From sequence record MK250021.1: 64,000 bases of DNA, one strand, 5' to 3'. Numbering within the stretch: position 1 is the first letter of the stretch; each line of letters starts with the position of its first letter. Below, piece after piece: positions 1 to 7,872 of the stretch. The notes below the pieces were generated by a model. It saw nothing but the letters and a program-made list of their open reading frames with translations, was not told the origin of the DNA and searched no databases. Position numbers and translations under genes: made by a program.

Positions 1-47
1 ATACATTAAAAAAATATAATTTTAATGATTCCAAAATTAATGATATT

Positions 48-872
48 TTGGAATCATTAAATTCATATATGGATGAAGGAATAGAGTTTGATGATGAAAC
101 ACATATTGTTTCATTCAATCCAAATCATCAAGAATATGTAGATACAAATGATCCTTGGAACCCGAAACCTATATATAATGAAGTAGAAGGTTATAAGGTA
201 ATTTCGATATTTAAACGTAAAGAAACAGAAGATAGATATGATGGTAATCCATTAATTTATGCATTAAAAGGTTTGCATGGATGGAAATTTTCAAATCCAT
301 CATATGATATATTTGCTTTATTACGTAGATTCGTTGCAGTTACAAAAGAATTAAAAGAAAAGTTTGATGTAATTATTACTATACCTTCTTCAAATAAATT
401 AAATACAGAAGTATTATATAGAGTTAAAAAACTTATTACGTGCGAACATACATATACTGATTTTTTCCAGAAGCTTGATGCAAATGACGTATATGAAGGT
501 TTTTTAAATACTGATTGGTTTGATACTCATTGTAAAAATAAAGAAGAGGAAGAAAAAATACATAAGTTAATATCAAGATCAATACGGCATATGAATTTAC
601 CAAAAAATAAAAATGGCAATGATGGAATATTTTCATATAAATTTTTAGGTAAACCATTAAGGAATGCAATTATTCAATCTATGTATATTAATGATATATA
701 TAAAGATGAAATTACATATGGAAAATATCTTAATGATAAGAAGATATTGGTTATAGATGATACAGTTACATCAGGTAAAACTATATCAGATTCTGCTGAT
801 GCTATATTGGAAACTTATGCACCAAAATCAATAACATTTTTAACTTTATTTTCTCCATTAACAAAAAATTAA
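48..872 (+). CDS. Type I phosphoribosyltransferase-domain protein (ComF/PRT-like)
   Basis: PRPP-binding motif ILVIDDTVTSGKTI; IITIPSS in the N-terminal core; TTG start uncertain. Confidence 0.7.
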   Translation: MESLNSYMDEGIEFDDETHIVSFNPNHQEYVDTNDPWNPKPIYNEVEGYKVISIFKRKETEDRYDGNPLIYALKGLHGWKFSNPSYDIFALLRRFVAVTKELKEKFDVIITIPSSNKLNTEVLYRVKKLITCEHTYTDFFQKLDANDVYEGFLNTDWFDTHCKNKEEEEKIHKLISRSIRHMNLPKNKNGNDGIFSYKFLGKPLRNAIIQSMYINDIYKDEITYGKYLNDKKILVIDDTVTSGKTISDSADAILETYAPKSITFLTLFSPLTKN

Positions 873-963
873 TATTTTTTGAAAAAAAGTTTCAAAAATG
901 AGAGACTTTTGAAAAAAATTTAGATATATATAATAAAGAAATAATTTTTAAAAACAAAAAACT

Positions 964-1077
964 ATGAAGCAATTTAATAACATATATAAAAATAACGTTG
1001 ATATTTATGCTGATTCATTTAATTGGTATGAACAAGATTGTTATGCAGATATGTTACGAGATATTGTGATTAGTTAA
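964..1077 (+). CDS. Small hypothetical protein (37 aa)
   Basis: ATG after A-rich leader, MKQFNNIYKNNVDIYADSFNWYEQ..., TAA stop. Confidence 0.35.
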   Translation: MKQFNNIYKNNVDIYADSFNWYEQDCYADMLRDIVIS

Positions 1078-1186
1078 TACGTTTATAAATAAAGAAATAA
1101 TAGTAAAACGATTAATATATTTTAAATCTTGAAACATTCTGCAATAAACAGAGAGTTTCAAGATTTTTTTCATTTATTATAGAAAT

Positions 1187-1277
1187 ACACAGATGTGCGA
1201 GTGGTTGATGCAGTTGGTCTCCAAAACCAATAACGGTATATATGTACTGTTCGAGGGTTCGAATCCTTCTCTGTGTG
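1187..1277 (+). tRNA. tRNA with CCA (Trp) anticodon and a class II (Ser-like) long variable arm
   Basis: Acceptor ACACAGA/TCTGTGT, G73, anticodon arm TTGGT-CTCCAAA-ACCAA, variable stem AACGGTA/TACTGTT, T arm GAGGG-TTCGAAT-CCTTC. Confidence 0.8.
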
Positions 1278-1469
1278 CAAATTAAAAATTTATACAAATA
1301 AAATAAGAATAATATGACAAAGTTAATACGACATATACATAAGCATCGAATACAGTTATAAATTGTTGATCTTATATTATACATTATTATATATAGGATT
1401 GACATAAGAAATCATGTTCCTATATGTTTAATGATATATTGTTGTATTATATTTAGGAACACTCCATAG

Positions 1470-1544
1470 TGGGGTGTAACTCAAAGGTCAGAGTGGTATT
1501 CTTAATAAGAATACTGGTAGTGGGTTCAACTCCCACCACCCCAA
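1470..1544 (+). tRNA. tRNA-Ile(AAT)-like, with an extended 6-bp anticodon stem
   Basis: Acceptor TGGGGTG/CACCCCA, D arm ACTC/GAGT, GTATTC-TTAATAA-GAATAC, T arm GTGGG-TTCAACT-CCCAC; anticodon register slightly ambiguous. Confidence 0.7.
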
Positions 1545-1568
1545 CTAAAAATAAATTAAATTAGAAAA

Positions 1569-1817
1569 ATGGAAAAGATTAATTTAAAATCTTTAGTTAA
1601 GGGTACAGCAGACATTGTTTGTGTAAATTCAGGTGGTATTGTTGTTTATAACATTACATCAGATGATAATCATATATATTAGTTAGAAATAGATTTATCA
1701 GATAAACATGATGTAGGTGAAACAGCAGCATTCTTGCCACATTATGATAGAGCTCTTATTCTTATGAGATGGATTAGACGTTCTATAGATAATGATACTA
1801 TAATAAAGATTAAATAA
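1569..1817 (+). CDS. Conserved phage hypothetical protein (82 aa; one in-frame TAG read as Gln)
   Basis: MEKINLKSLVKG...HIY*LEIDLSDKHDVG...ALILMRWIRRSI; TAG at 1680, frame open to TAA 1817. Confidence 0.75.
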
Positions 1818-1869
1818 AAATATTTTTGATTTTTTATCAGACAAATTTTTTTATTTGAAATATATTATG

Positions 1870-1877
1870 TATCTTTG
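1870..1877 (+). promoter_or_regulatory. Bacteroidetes primary-sigma -7 promoter element (TAnnTTTG)
   Basis: TATCTTTG; lies in a 27-nt block (1864-1890) repeated identically at 24997-25023. Confidence 0.65.
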
Positions 1878-1905
1878 TATTGTTAATAAAATAACAAACA
1901 AAAAT

Positions 1906-1917
1906 TGTTCTTTGAAA
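1906..1917 (+). promoter_or_regulatory. boxA-like antitermination element
   Basis: TGTTCTTTGAAA just downstream of the TATCTTTG element; resembles rrn boxA; recurs at 2020 and 5549. Confidence 0.5.
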
Positions 1918-1992
1918 TATTGATAACAAAATAAGAAAATAAAAATCTTGAAATTTTTTCTTAGAATATTTTTTTAATTCAAAATAAAGATG

Positions 1993-2031
1993 TATCTTTG
2001 AATTGTAATTAAAAAATAAAGTTCTTTGAAA
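1993..2031 (+). promoter_or_regulatory. Second promoter (-7 TATCTTTG, 1993-2000) plus boxA-like element (2020-2031)
   Basis: Tandem copy of the promoter/boxA unit upstream of the main tRNA run. Confidence 0.55.
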
Positions 2032-2070
2032 TTTTGATAGACAAATATAGAAATTATTCATATAATATAT

Positions 2071-2460
2071 GTTATGTTTAATGTTACTGAGAAGTTAATC
2101 AGATATAATATTGAACTTCAAATTTAAAAGTAACTTCATAAATAATTTAATTATTGTTTATGTGAGGAAACAAACATAACTATATGAATTTATAATAATG
2201 ATGCTGCCAAAGAAAAATATGATTGAAAAATATCAGGCTCTATATAAGATTTCTTATATTAGACTGCTTGTCCAAAGTGCATCAGGAGATATATATAGAA
2301 TATTAAAGTCCTTTTAATATTGCTATTGCTTTCAAAAAGATATATCTCCACGAGCTGAATAGAACAAATGAACGACTCAAGCTAATGTTTGGTTATATAC
2401 ATAAATCTTATAAGAATAAGAAGTGTCACTGTAACGGTCGGATGTGTAGTTAACTGACTT
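2071..2460 (+). ncRNA. Putative large multi-hairpin ncRNA of unknown class
   Basis: Long-range pairs GTTATGTTT(2071)/AAACATAAC(2172) and GGAGATATAT(2285)/ATATATCTCC(2340); nested GTTACT/AGTAAC and GAAGTT/AACTTC; no credible ORF. Confidence 0.4.
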
Positions 2461-2473
2461 TAAAGTTATATTT

Positions 2474-2544
2474 GGGTATTTAGCTGGAAGGCCAAGCATC
2501 TGACTGTTAATCAGAAGACGTGGGTTCGATTCCCTCAGTACCCG
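2474..2544 (+). tRNA. tRNA-Asn(GTT)
   Basis: GGGTATT/AGTACCC, TCTGA-CTGTTAA-TCAGA, T loop TTCGATT, G73. Confidence 0.85.
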
Positions 2545-2658
2545 CAAGTTAAAAACATAACATTTATATATGAAGGCTCGTACCTTTCAAATTCAGATGA
2601 TACCGTCAAGGCGGAGATATATAATGTTTCTGAATATGTTTTTGATGATTGATTAAAT

Positions 2659-2822
2659 AATAACGTAGTTTAACGGTAAATGAAGTCTTACGTTAAAGTA
2701 AGGGTTAAACAATTTAAGAAATAAAAACAGCGCTATTTCTTTTATTTCTTAAAAAGAAGGGTTCATCACTGCGTATTGCAACTATGAAGTAAGGGAAGTG
2801 CAACTCCACCCTGTTAGTTATT
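2659..2822 (+). ncRNA. Degenerate tRNA-framed RNA with internal hairpins
   Basis: tRNA-like 5' TAGTTTAACGGTAAA, 3' GTGCAACTCC, internal TTAAGAAATAAAA/TTTTATTTCTTAA stem. Confidence 0.3.
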
Positions 2823-2892
2823 TAATCTTATTTTTAATTTAAATTAAATTTTTATTATAGTATACCACTTGTGAAAGCAGTATACTAGATTT

Positions 2893-2965
2893 AGATGGTT
2901 AACTCAGTGGTTAGAGTTCTCGGCTTACATCCGAGCTGTCAGGAGTTCGAATCTCTTACCATCTA
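2893..2965 (+). tRNA. tRNA-Val(TAC)
   Basis: AGATGGT/ACCATCT, CTCGG-CTTACAT-CCGAG, canonical D and T arms. Confidence 0.92.
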
Positions 2966-2975
2966 CCTTTTGGGT

Positions 2976-3180
2976 TTGTCTTTCGTATAGACATGGTATT
3001 ACTATGGTCCTAAAGAAAAGAGAAGTAACGAGGTATGAAAATGAAATATAGATAAGGGGAAAGGAGCATTAACTGCGAGTGCAGTGTGCAAAATGGAACT
3101 GGAGTGAAAGATGATTAGTGAAGCGAAAATTGAAGTATGTATTGTAAGGATAAAGGTGTGTTCGAATCCATCAAGACAAC
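2976..3180 (+). ncRNA. tRNA-framed RNA with a purine-rich insertion of about 130 nt
   Basis: Acceptor TTGTCTT/AAGACAA, D-like GTAT..TAC, T arm GGTGTG-TTCGAAT-CCATC; anticodon stem not closed. Confidence 0.45.
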
Positions 3181-3519
3181 TAATAAAAATATTTATAATT
3201 TAAATAGACTTTTATATGTTTATTCAATATAAATATTGAATCATAAAATATGAAGATATTTATGTTTTATATATTGAGTATTTATGAATTGAGTCGTTAG
3301 AAGAATTTAATTTATAAATTATGTATGTAAAAATTAAATAAATTCATATTTTTAAAAAGATAAGATTTAGATAATTATTTTTCTATATAGTTAATATATA
3401 GTTTTTAAGGTTAACTTCATATATATTATAAAATTTATATATGTTATTAAGTTAAATATCTAAATATTGTTTTTAACTCAAAAGAATTTTATAGGGTATT
3501 ATCTAAATCTCTATAAATT

Positions 3520-3593
3520 GGGGGTATAGCTCAGTTGGCTAGAGCATCTGCTTTGCACGCAGAGGGTCATGGTTTCGAGTACCATTATCTCCA
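3520..3593 (+). tRNA. tRNA-Ala(TGC)
   Basis: GGGGGTA/TATCTCC with G3:U70, TCTGC-TTTGCAC-GCAGA. Confidence 0.93.
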
Positions 3594-3815
3594 CGCTAGG
3601 TGTGAAACATTACAGTAATAAGGATTAAACTATATTATTAGGCAATATACTTAATTACTTATTAAATAAATGAATTAAAGTAAACATGTAGGATATATTA
3701 TTAAGTCTAAATATAAAATATATTTGAAGGCGTATCTTAAATTCATTCTGGTTAGAACCTATTTTAAATCCTATAGGTGAACGGGCAGCGGTGAATGTTT
3801 CAGGTAAAATTTAAT

Positions 3816-3915
3816 GAAATATATTATCCCACAGGGCAAGGGCGTGCTATTAAAATACCGTAAAGCCGGTAAGCTATAAGAGTATTAAAAGGTTCAATTC
3901 CTTTTGTATATTTCA
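3816..3915 (+). ncRNA. Atypical tRNA-like RNA (8-bp acceptor, non-canonical middle arm)
   Basis: GAAATATA/TATATTTC, CCC/GGG D-like arm, AAAAGG-TTCAATT-CCTTTT T arm, ACCG/CGGT hairpin. Confidence 0.35.
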
Positions 3916-3923
3916 TTAATTTT

Positions 3924-4006
3924 GGGTGAGTGTCCCGAGTGGCAAAGGGGGCTGACTGTAAATCAGCTGTCATTTGACTTCGTAGGTTCGAGTCCTACCT
4001 CACCCA
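3924..4006 (+). tRNA. tRNA-Tyr(GTA)
   Basis: GGGTGAG/CTCACCC, GCTGA-CTGTAAA-TCAGC, long variable arm. Confidence 0.93.
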
Positions 4007-4011
4007 CAAAT

Positions 4012-4428
4012 ATGTCAGAATTAAAAGAATATATATGTGAATCTTGTAATAAAAAGTTTTATTCTACTAAGACTTTTAGAAAAGATAGACATATAAAATG
4101 TGATGAATGCAAACAAAAACGTAAACATTCTAAAGAAAATGAATTAAATAGTATATTAGATTGTTCTAAAAGAACAATATCTAAAATATTGAAACGTTCA
4201 AAAATAGGATGTGCAATATGTGGGTGGAATGAATCTACTTGTGATATTCATCATATAATAGAAAAATCTAATGGTGGAACTGATGATATTTCTAATTTAA
4301 TTATTGTATGTCCAAATCATCATAGAATGATACATACGAATAAATGCTATTCAATAGATTATTTACAAAGTTTATCTATTAAAAATACATTTAATAATTG
4401 GAAAGATTATTATCATCCAGAAAGATAA
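4012..4428 (+). CDS. Free-standing HNH homing endonuclease
   Basis: CAICGW...DIHHII..GGTDDISNLIIVCPNHHRMIH; N-terminal CxxC. True start is ATG 4012, because the track start overlaps tRNA-Tyr. Confidence 0.85.
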   Translation: MSELKEYICESCNKKFYSTKTFRKDRHIKCDECKQKRKHSKENELNSILDCSKRTISKILKRSKIGCAICGWNESTCDIHHIIEKSNGGTDDISNLIIVCPNHHRMIHTNKCYSIDYLQSLSIKNTFNNWKDYYHPER

Positions 4429-4450
4429 TTAGTTATGTAAGTTAAGATAT

Positions 4451-4525
4451 GGTGCGTTAGTTCAGTTTGGTCAGAATGCTACACTGTCACTGTAGAGGTC
4501 ACGGATTCGAGTTCCGTACGCACCG
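4451..4525 (+). tRNA. tRNA-Asp(GTC)
   Basis: GGTGCGT/ACGCACC, loop CTGTCAC, G73. Confidence 0.92.
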
Positions 4526-4534
4526 CAAAAATTT

Positions 4535-4770
4535 GGTTATATAGTTCAAAATAGGTGGAGTAGTTAATAACTGGTAATTGACATGAATATCTATTGGAAG
4601 TAATATAAAAACTAATATGAGATGTTTGCGGATCAAATGGTATTATTCTTAAGCTCTTTTACCGTTATTAGTTTTTATATTATGAGTAAGTAGAGAATAC
4701 AATAATTATCGTTTACTCATAGAATACCCTGGGTCGAGGGAGATTAATGGTTCGAATCCATTTATAACCG
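4535..4770 (+). ncRNA. tRNA-framed RNA (Thr GGT-like loop) with a structured insertion of about 165 nt in the variable region
   Basis: GGTTATA/TATAACC acceptor, AATGG-TTCGAAT-CCATT T arm, GTTAA..CTGGTAA..TTGAC; insert hairpins AATATAAAAACTAAT/ATTAGTTTTTATATT, TATGAGTAA/TTACTCATA, CCCT/AGGG. Confidence 0.55.
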
Positions 4771-4804
4771 CTATGAATATTATTAGATATGTTTATTGAA
4801 ACAT

Positions 4805-4875
4805 TGGACTATAGTATAATGGTAGTACAGAAGATTTTGGTTCTTCTAGACTGGGTCCGAATCCCGGTAGTCCAA
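4805..4875 (+). tRNA. tRNA-Gln(TTG)
   Basis: TGGACTA/TAGTCCA (U1-A72), GAAGA-TTTTGGT-TCTTC. Confidence 0.88.
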
Positions 4876-4915
4876 CGATTTTAGTGAATATTTAAAAATA
4901 ATAAAAATATTATAT

Positions 4916-4988
4916 TGCGGGATGGAGCAGTTGGTAGCTTGTCGGGCTCATAACCCGAAGGTCGTGTGTTCGAGTCACACTCCCGCTA
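4916..4988 (+). tRNA. Initiator tRNA-fMet(CAT)
   Basis: TCGGG-CTCATAA-CCCGA (three GC pairs), 1:72 mismatch. Confidence 0.92.
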
Positions 4989-4997
4989 CTATTAAAT

Positions 4998-5072
4998 GGA
5001 CCTTGCGTATGGCTGGTGCCTGTACATCGGACTGAAACTCCGGGGGTGGTTGTTCGATTCAACCAGGGTCCA
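4998..5072 (+). tRNA. tRNA-Phe(GAA)
   Basis: GGACCTT/AGGGTCC, loop CTGAAAC, T arm GGTTG/CAACC; D arm atypical. Confidence 0.8.
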
Positions 5073-5130
5073 CAAGTTATTAGAAATATACTTTACAGTT
5101 TTAATGTCGTATATTATCTAATAATGATAT

Positions 5131-5398
5131 AAACAAGTATAGACTTCCAAGTAGAATAATGAGTAAGTTTATAATTATATGCTAGCTAATTTATAGACAG
5201 AAGAACTGATAAGGGTTACAGGTCAATTATTGAAAGGAATTGGTTTGAACATTAGTTCATAGATGTGAAGAGCAGCAGATTTCGTAAGAAGCCATAAGTT
5301 GACACACAACAATTTCGTAAAACAGCGCAAGTGCCTAATAGCGAGTATTCCTTTATATAAAGGGTGAAAAAGTCTGTGTCTCGTAAATCTACTTGTTT
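5131..5398 (+). ncRNA. Putative structured ncRNA of about 270 nt
   Basis: Closing helix AAACAAGTA/TACTTGTTT, inner AGACT/AGTCT, CCTTT/AAAGG hairpin; locally higher GC; no ORF. Confidence 0.35.
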
Positions 5399-5403
5399 AA
5401 TTT

Positions 5404-5477
5404 TGGGTGGTAGTTCAGATGGTTAGAGCGCATCCCTGATAAGGATGAAGTCGTGAGTTCAAGTCTCACCCACCCAA
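5404..5477 (+). tRNA. tRNA-Ile(GAT)
   Basis: TGGGTGG/CCACCCA, CATCC-CTGATAA-GGATG. Confidence 0.92.
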
Positions 5478-5665
5478 CAAATATTTAATAAAAAAGTTGT
5501 TAATAATATAAACTTTTAAATATTATATTCATATAAGATTATGAATTTAGTTCTTTGAAATATGAAAGAAAATAATTTATAAAATATTTTTTAATTACAA
5601 ATAAAAATAAAAGATGTATCTTTTTAATGTAATTAAAATAGTTATGTAAATTAAAATATAGAGTT

Positions 5666-5738
5666 GTTCCGTTAGCTCATCTGGCAGAGCACGATACTTT
5701 TAATATCGGGGTAACGAGTTCGAGTCTCGTACGGAACA
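5666..5738 (+). tRNA. tRNA-Lys(TTT)
   Basis: GTTCCGT/ACGGAAC, CGATA-CTTTTAA-TATCG. Confidence 0.92.
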
Positions 5739-5830
5739 CTATAACTTGATTAGTATATCTAAAATTAATTTATTAAAAAATATAAACATTTACTTATAAA
5801 TTGAATATAATATAAGAGTTTAAAAATTAC

Positions 5831-5904
5831 ACTACAGTAACTCAGTCGGTTAGAGTTCCAAGCTTATACCTTGGCGGTCGGGGGTTCAAGTCCCTCCTGT
5901 AGTA
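5831..5904 (+). tRNA. tRNA-Ile(TAT)
   Basis: ACTACAG/CTGTAGT, CCAAG-CTTATAC-CTTGG, A73. Confidence 0.88.
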
Positions 5905-6100
5905 CAAATTGTAAATGAATTAAAGTATTTGACTTATGATGAGACTTTAATTAGTAAGAAATATAAGTGTTTATGAAAGTTTATTTATGATGATGGAAGT
6001 CAATACAGCAAACATATATAATTATGATAATGTTTACTAGAAAAAGAAAACTCAAATACTTAAAAATAAATGACTTCTGATTTTTATAATTTTGGTGAAT

Positions 6101-6174
6101 GGTTCTGTAGCTCAGTTGAACAGAGCAGTGCTCTTCTAAAGCACGGGTCGTGAGTTTGATCCTCACCAGAATCA
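6101..6174 (+). tRNA. tRNA-Arg(TCT)
   Basis: GGTTCTG/CAGAATC, GTGCT-CTTCTAA-AGCAC. Confidence 0.9.
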
Positions 6175-6219
6175 CATAATGGATTAAAGATAAATATATG
6201 AAACAATTAATTTTTATAT

Positions 6220-6516
6220 ATGATTAATCCTGAAGTAATTATCAGTTAGGAAGACGTGAAAATAATTGATAGTTATAAAATAAAATCTATTAAAAACATG
6301 AAATGTGTTATTAATAGTATACGTGAAAAATGTGATAAAACTTATGTTATTCATAAAAGGAGTATGTATAGTTTAATAAATGAATGGAGATCACATAATC
6401 TTCTTTATGATTTGCATATAAAAAGGGAATAGACAAAAGATGTGGATTTAGATAATGAAACATTATTCAGAAAAATATGTTATTCAATATTATCTATATT
6501 TTATCTACATTTTTAA
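6220..6516 (+). CDS. Conserved phage hypothetical protein (98 aa; 2 TAG=Gln)
   Basis: MINPEVIIS*EDVKIIDSY...EWRSHNLLYDLHIKRE*TKDVDLD; TAG at 6247 and 6430. Confidence 0.7.
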
Positions 6517-6523
6517 TATATAA

Positions 6524-6786
6524 CGAGAGTTAGTAGTATAGCATTGTCCGGACCATTATTAAAAGTTTTAATTATTTCTTTTAGTAATGATATGCTGATT
6601 TAAATTATAAATAAATAGATTTAAAAAATAATTATGAATATAAGTAATTTAACCTTATATTTAAGAGAGACTGAAAGATTATTTTAATCTATTGATAATT
6701 AGTTTCAGGAGTTGAATATAGTTTTAATCATGATATGTAGTTCTATTAAAATAAACTTCATGATATAGGAAGTATATGTTTTCTCG
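6524..6786 (+). ncRNA. Putative multi-hairpin ncRNA of about 260 nt
   Basis: CGAGA/TCTCG closing stem; CATTATTAAAAG/CTTTTAGTAATG, AATATAAG/CTTATATT, CTGAAA/TTTCAG and ATCATGA/TCATGAT hairpins. Confidence 0.3.
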
Positions 6787-6851
6787 GTAAAGTATACGCC
6801 TGAATATTAGAATAAAAAGAATAGTGTCCGTAGATAAACTATTCAAATTTT

Positions 6852-7066
6852 GCTTCGATAGTTCAGTTGGTTAGAACGTCTGACTGTATACAGGAAACAA
6901 CCTGATTAAATTAAACTACATAATGCTGTTAGGTATCAGACTTGCGGACGCAATATTGATTTATAACTATTATAGTAATAAATTTAAATCGCTGAAAGTT
7001 TAGTTGGTTCGAATCCAATTTATGTAGCTAATCAGAAAGTCGTAGGTTCGAGTCCTACTCGAAGCG
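6852..7066 (+). tRNA. Interrupted tRNA-Asn(GTT): 5' half 6852-6887, 141-nt insert 6888-7028, 3' half 7029-7066
   Basis: GCTTCGA/TCGAAGC, G73. Joining ...TCTGACTGT to TAATCAGA rebuilds TCTGA-CTGTTAA-TCAGA, identical to the arm of tRNA-Asn at 2474. Confidence 0.8.
6916..7028 (+). ncRNA. tRNA-like element nested inside the tRNA-Asn insert
   Basis: Own acceptor CTACATA/TATGTAG, D-like CTG/CAG, T arm GTTGG-TTCGAAT-CCAAT; no canonical anticodon arm. Confidence 0.6.
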
Positions 7067-7071
7067 CAAAT

Positions 7072-7728
7072 ATGAGAGAAAAAGAATGTCGTATATGCCA
7101 TATTCATGGTAATACATTATTTTCTTTATATACATATAATAATAAAATACATTGGGTATGTAATAAATGTTAGACAGAATATGTATAGCGACGTCGAGAA
7201 CATTTAAAATTATTATCAGTTGCATATAAAGGAAATAAATGTCAATGTTGTGGATATAATAAATGTATATCTGCATTAGAATTTCACCATATAGATCCTA
7301 ATAAAAAAGAGTTTGGAATAGGATATGCAGGTTATACACATGGATGGAATGATGTTAAATTAGAATTAGATAAATGTATTTTAGTATGCGCAAATTGTCA
7401 TAGAGAAATACATGCTAATATAATAAAATGCCCAACTGAAATTATAAAAGATGAAGAAAATGTTAATATTTTATTAAATAAATTTAAATTTGATTCTATA
7501 AATAGGAATAATGATTATAAAAAATTAGTTGAAAAAATAGAACCAATTAAAAATTATACAATTCCTACAAAAGAAGAATTAATACAATTATTTAAGAAAT
7601 ATATTACATTTGAAAATATTGGTAGATTATATGGTATTACAGGAAATGCCATTAAAAAATGGTGTAAAAAATATGATTTACCATATAAATCAAAAGAATT
7701 AAAAGAATATATAAATAAATTACCATAA
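7072..7728 (+). CDS. Free-standing HNH homing endonuclease (218 aa; 2 TAG=Gln)
   Basis: CNKC*TEYV*RRREHLK...YKGNKCQCCGYNKCISALEFHHIDP...KCILVCANCHREIH; absent from the ORF track because of TAG. Confidence 0.85.
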
Positions 7729-7872
7729 ACGTCATGAGCCTTCTTAGAAAAAGGCGGTTTTAGTAACTGTACGAAGTATGTTAATACACGTGGTTAATAT
7801 ATATTTCAATAAGGGAAATTATAATGGATGTTGGCTAAGCAACTTCTTATATACGGTAATTTTTTAATATTT

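Noticed and set aside
2976-3030. Amber suppressor tRNA (CTA) suggested by TCCTAAA
   Set aside because: It would need C33, no 3' anticodon-stem strand is present, and the CCT reading fits U33 better. Likewise, a group I-style splice of the 6852 tRNA giving CTCTAA leaves only a 6-nt loop
6888-7028. Group I intron in tRNA-Asn
   Set aside because: Too short, no P7 R/S motifs, and it does not end in G at the junction that restores a 7-nt loop
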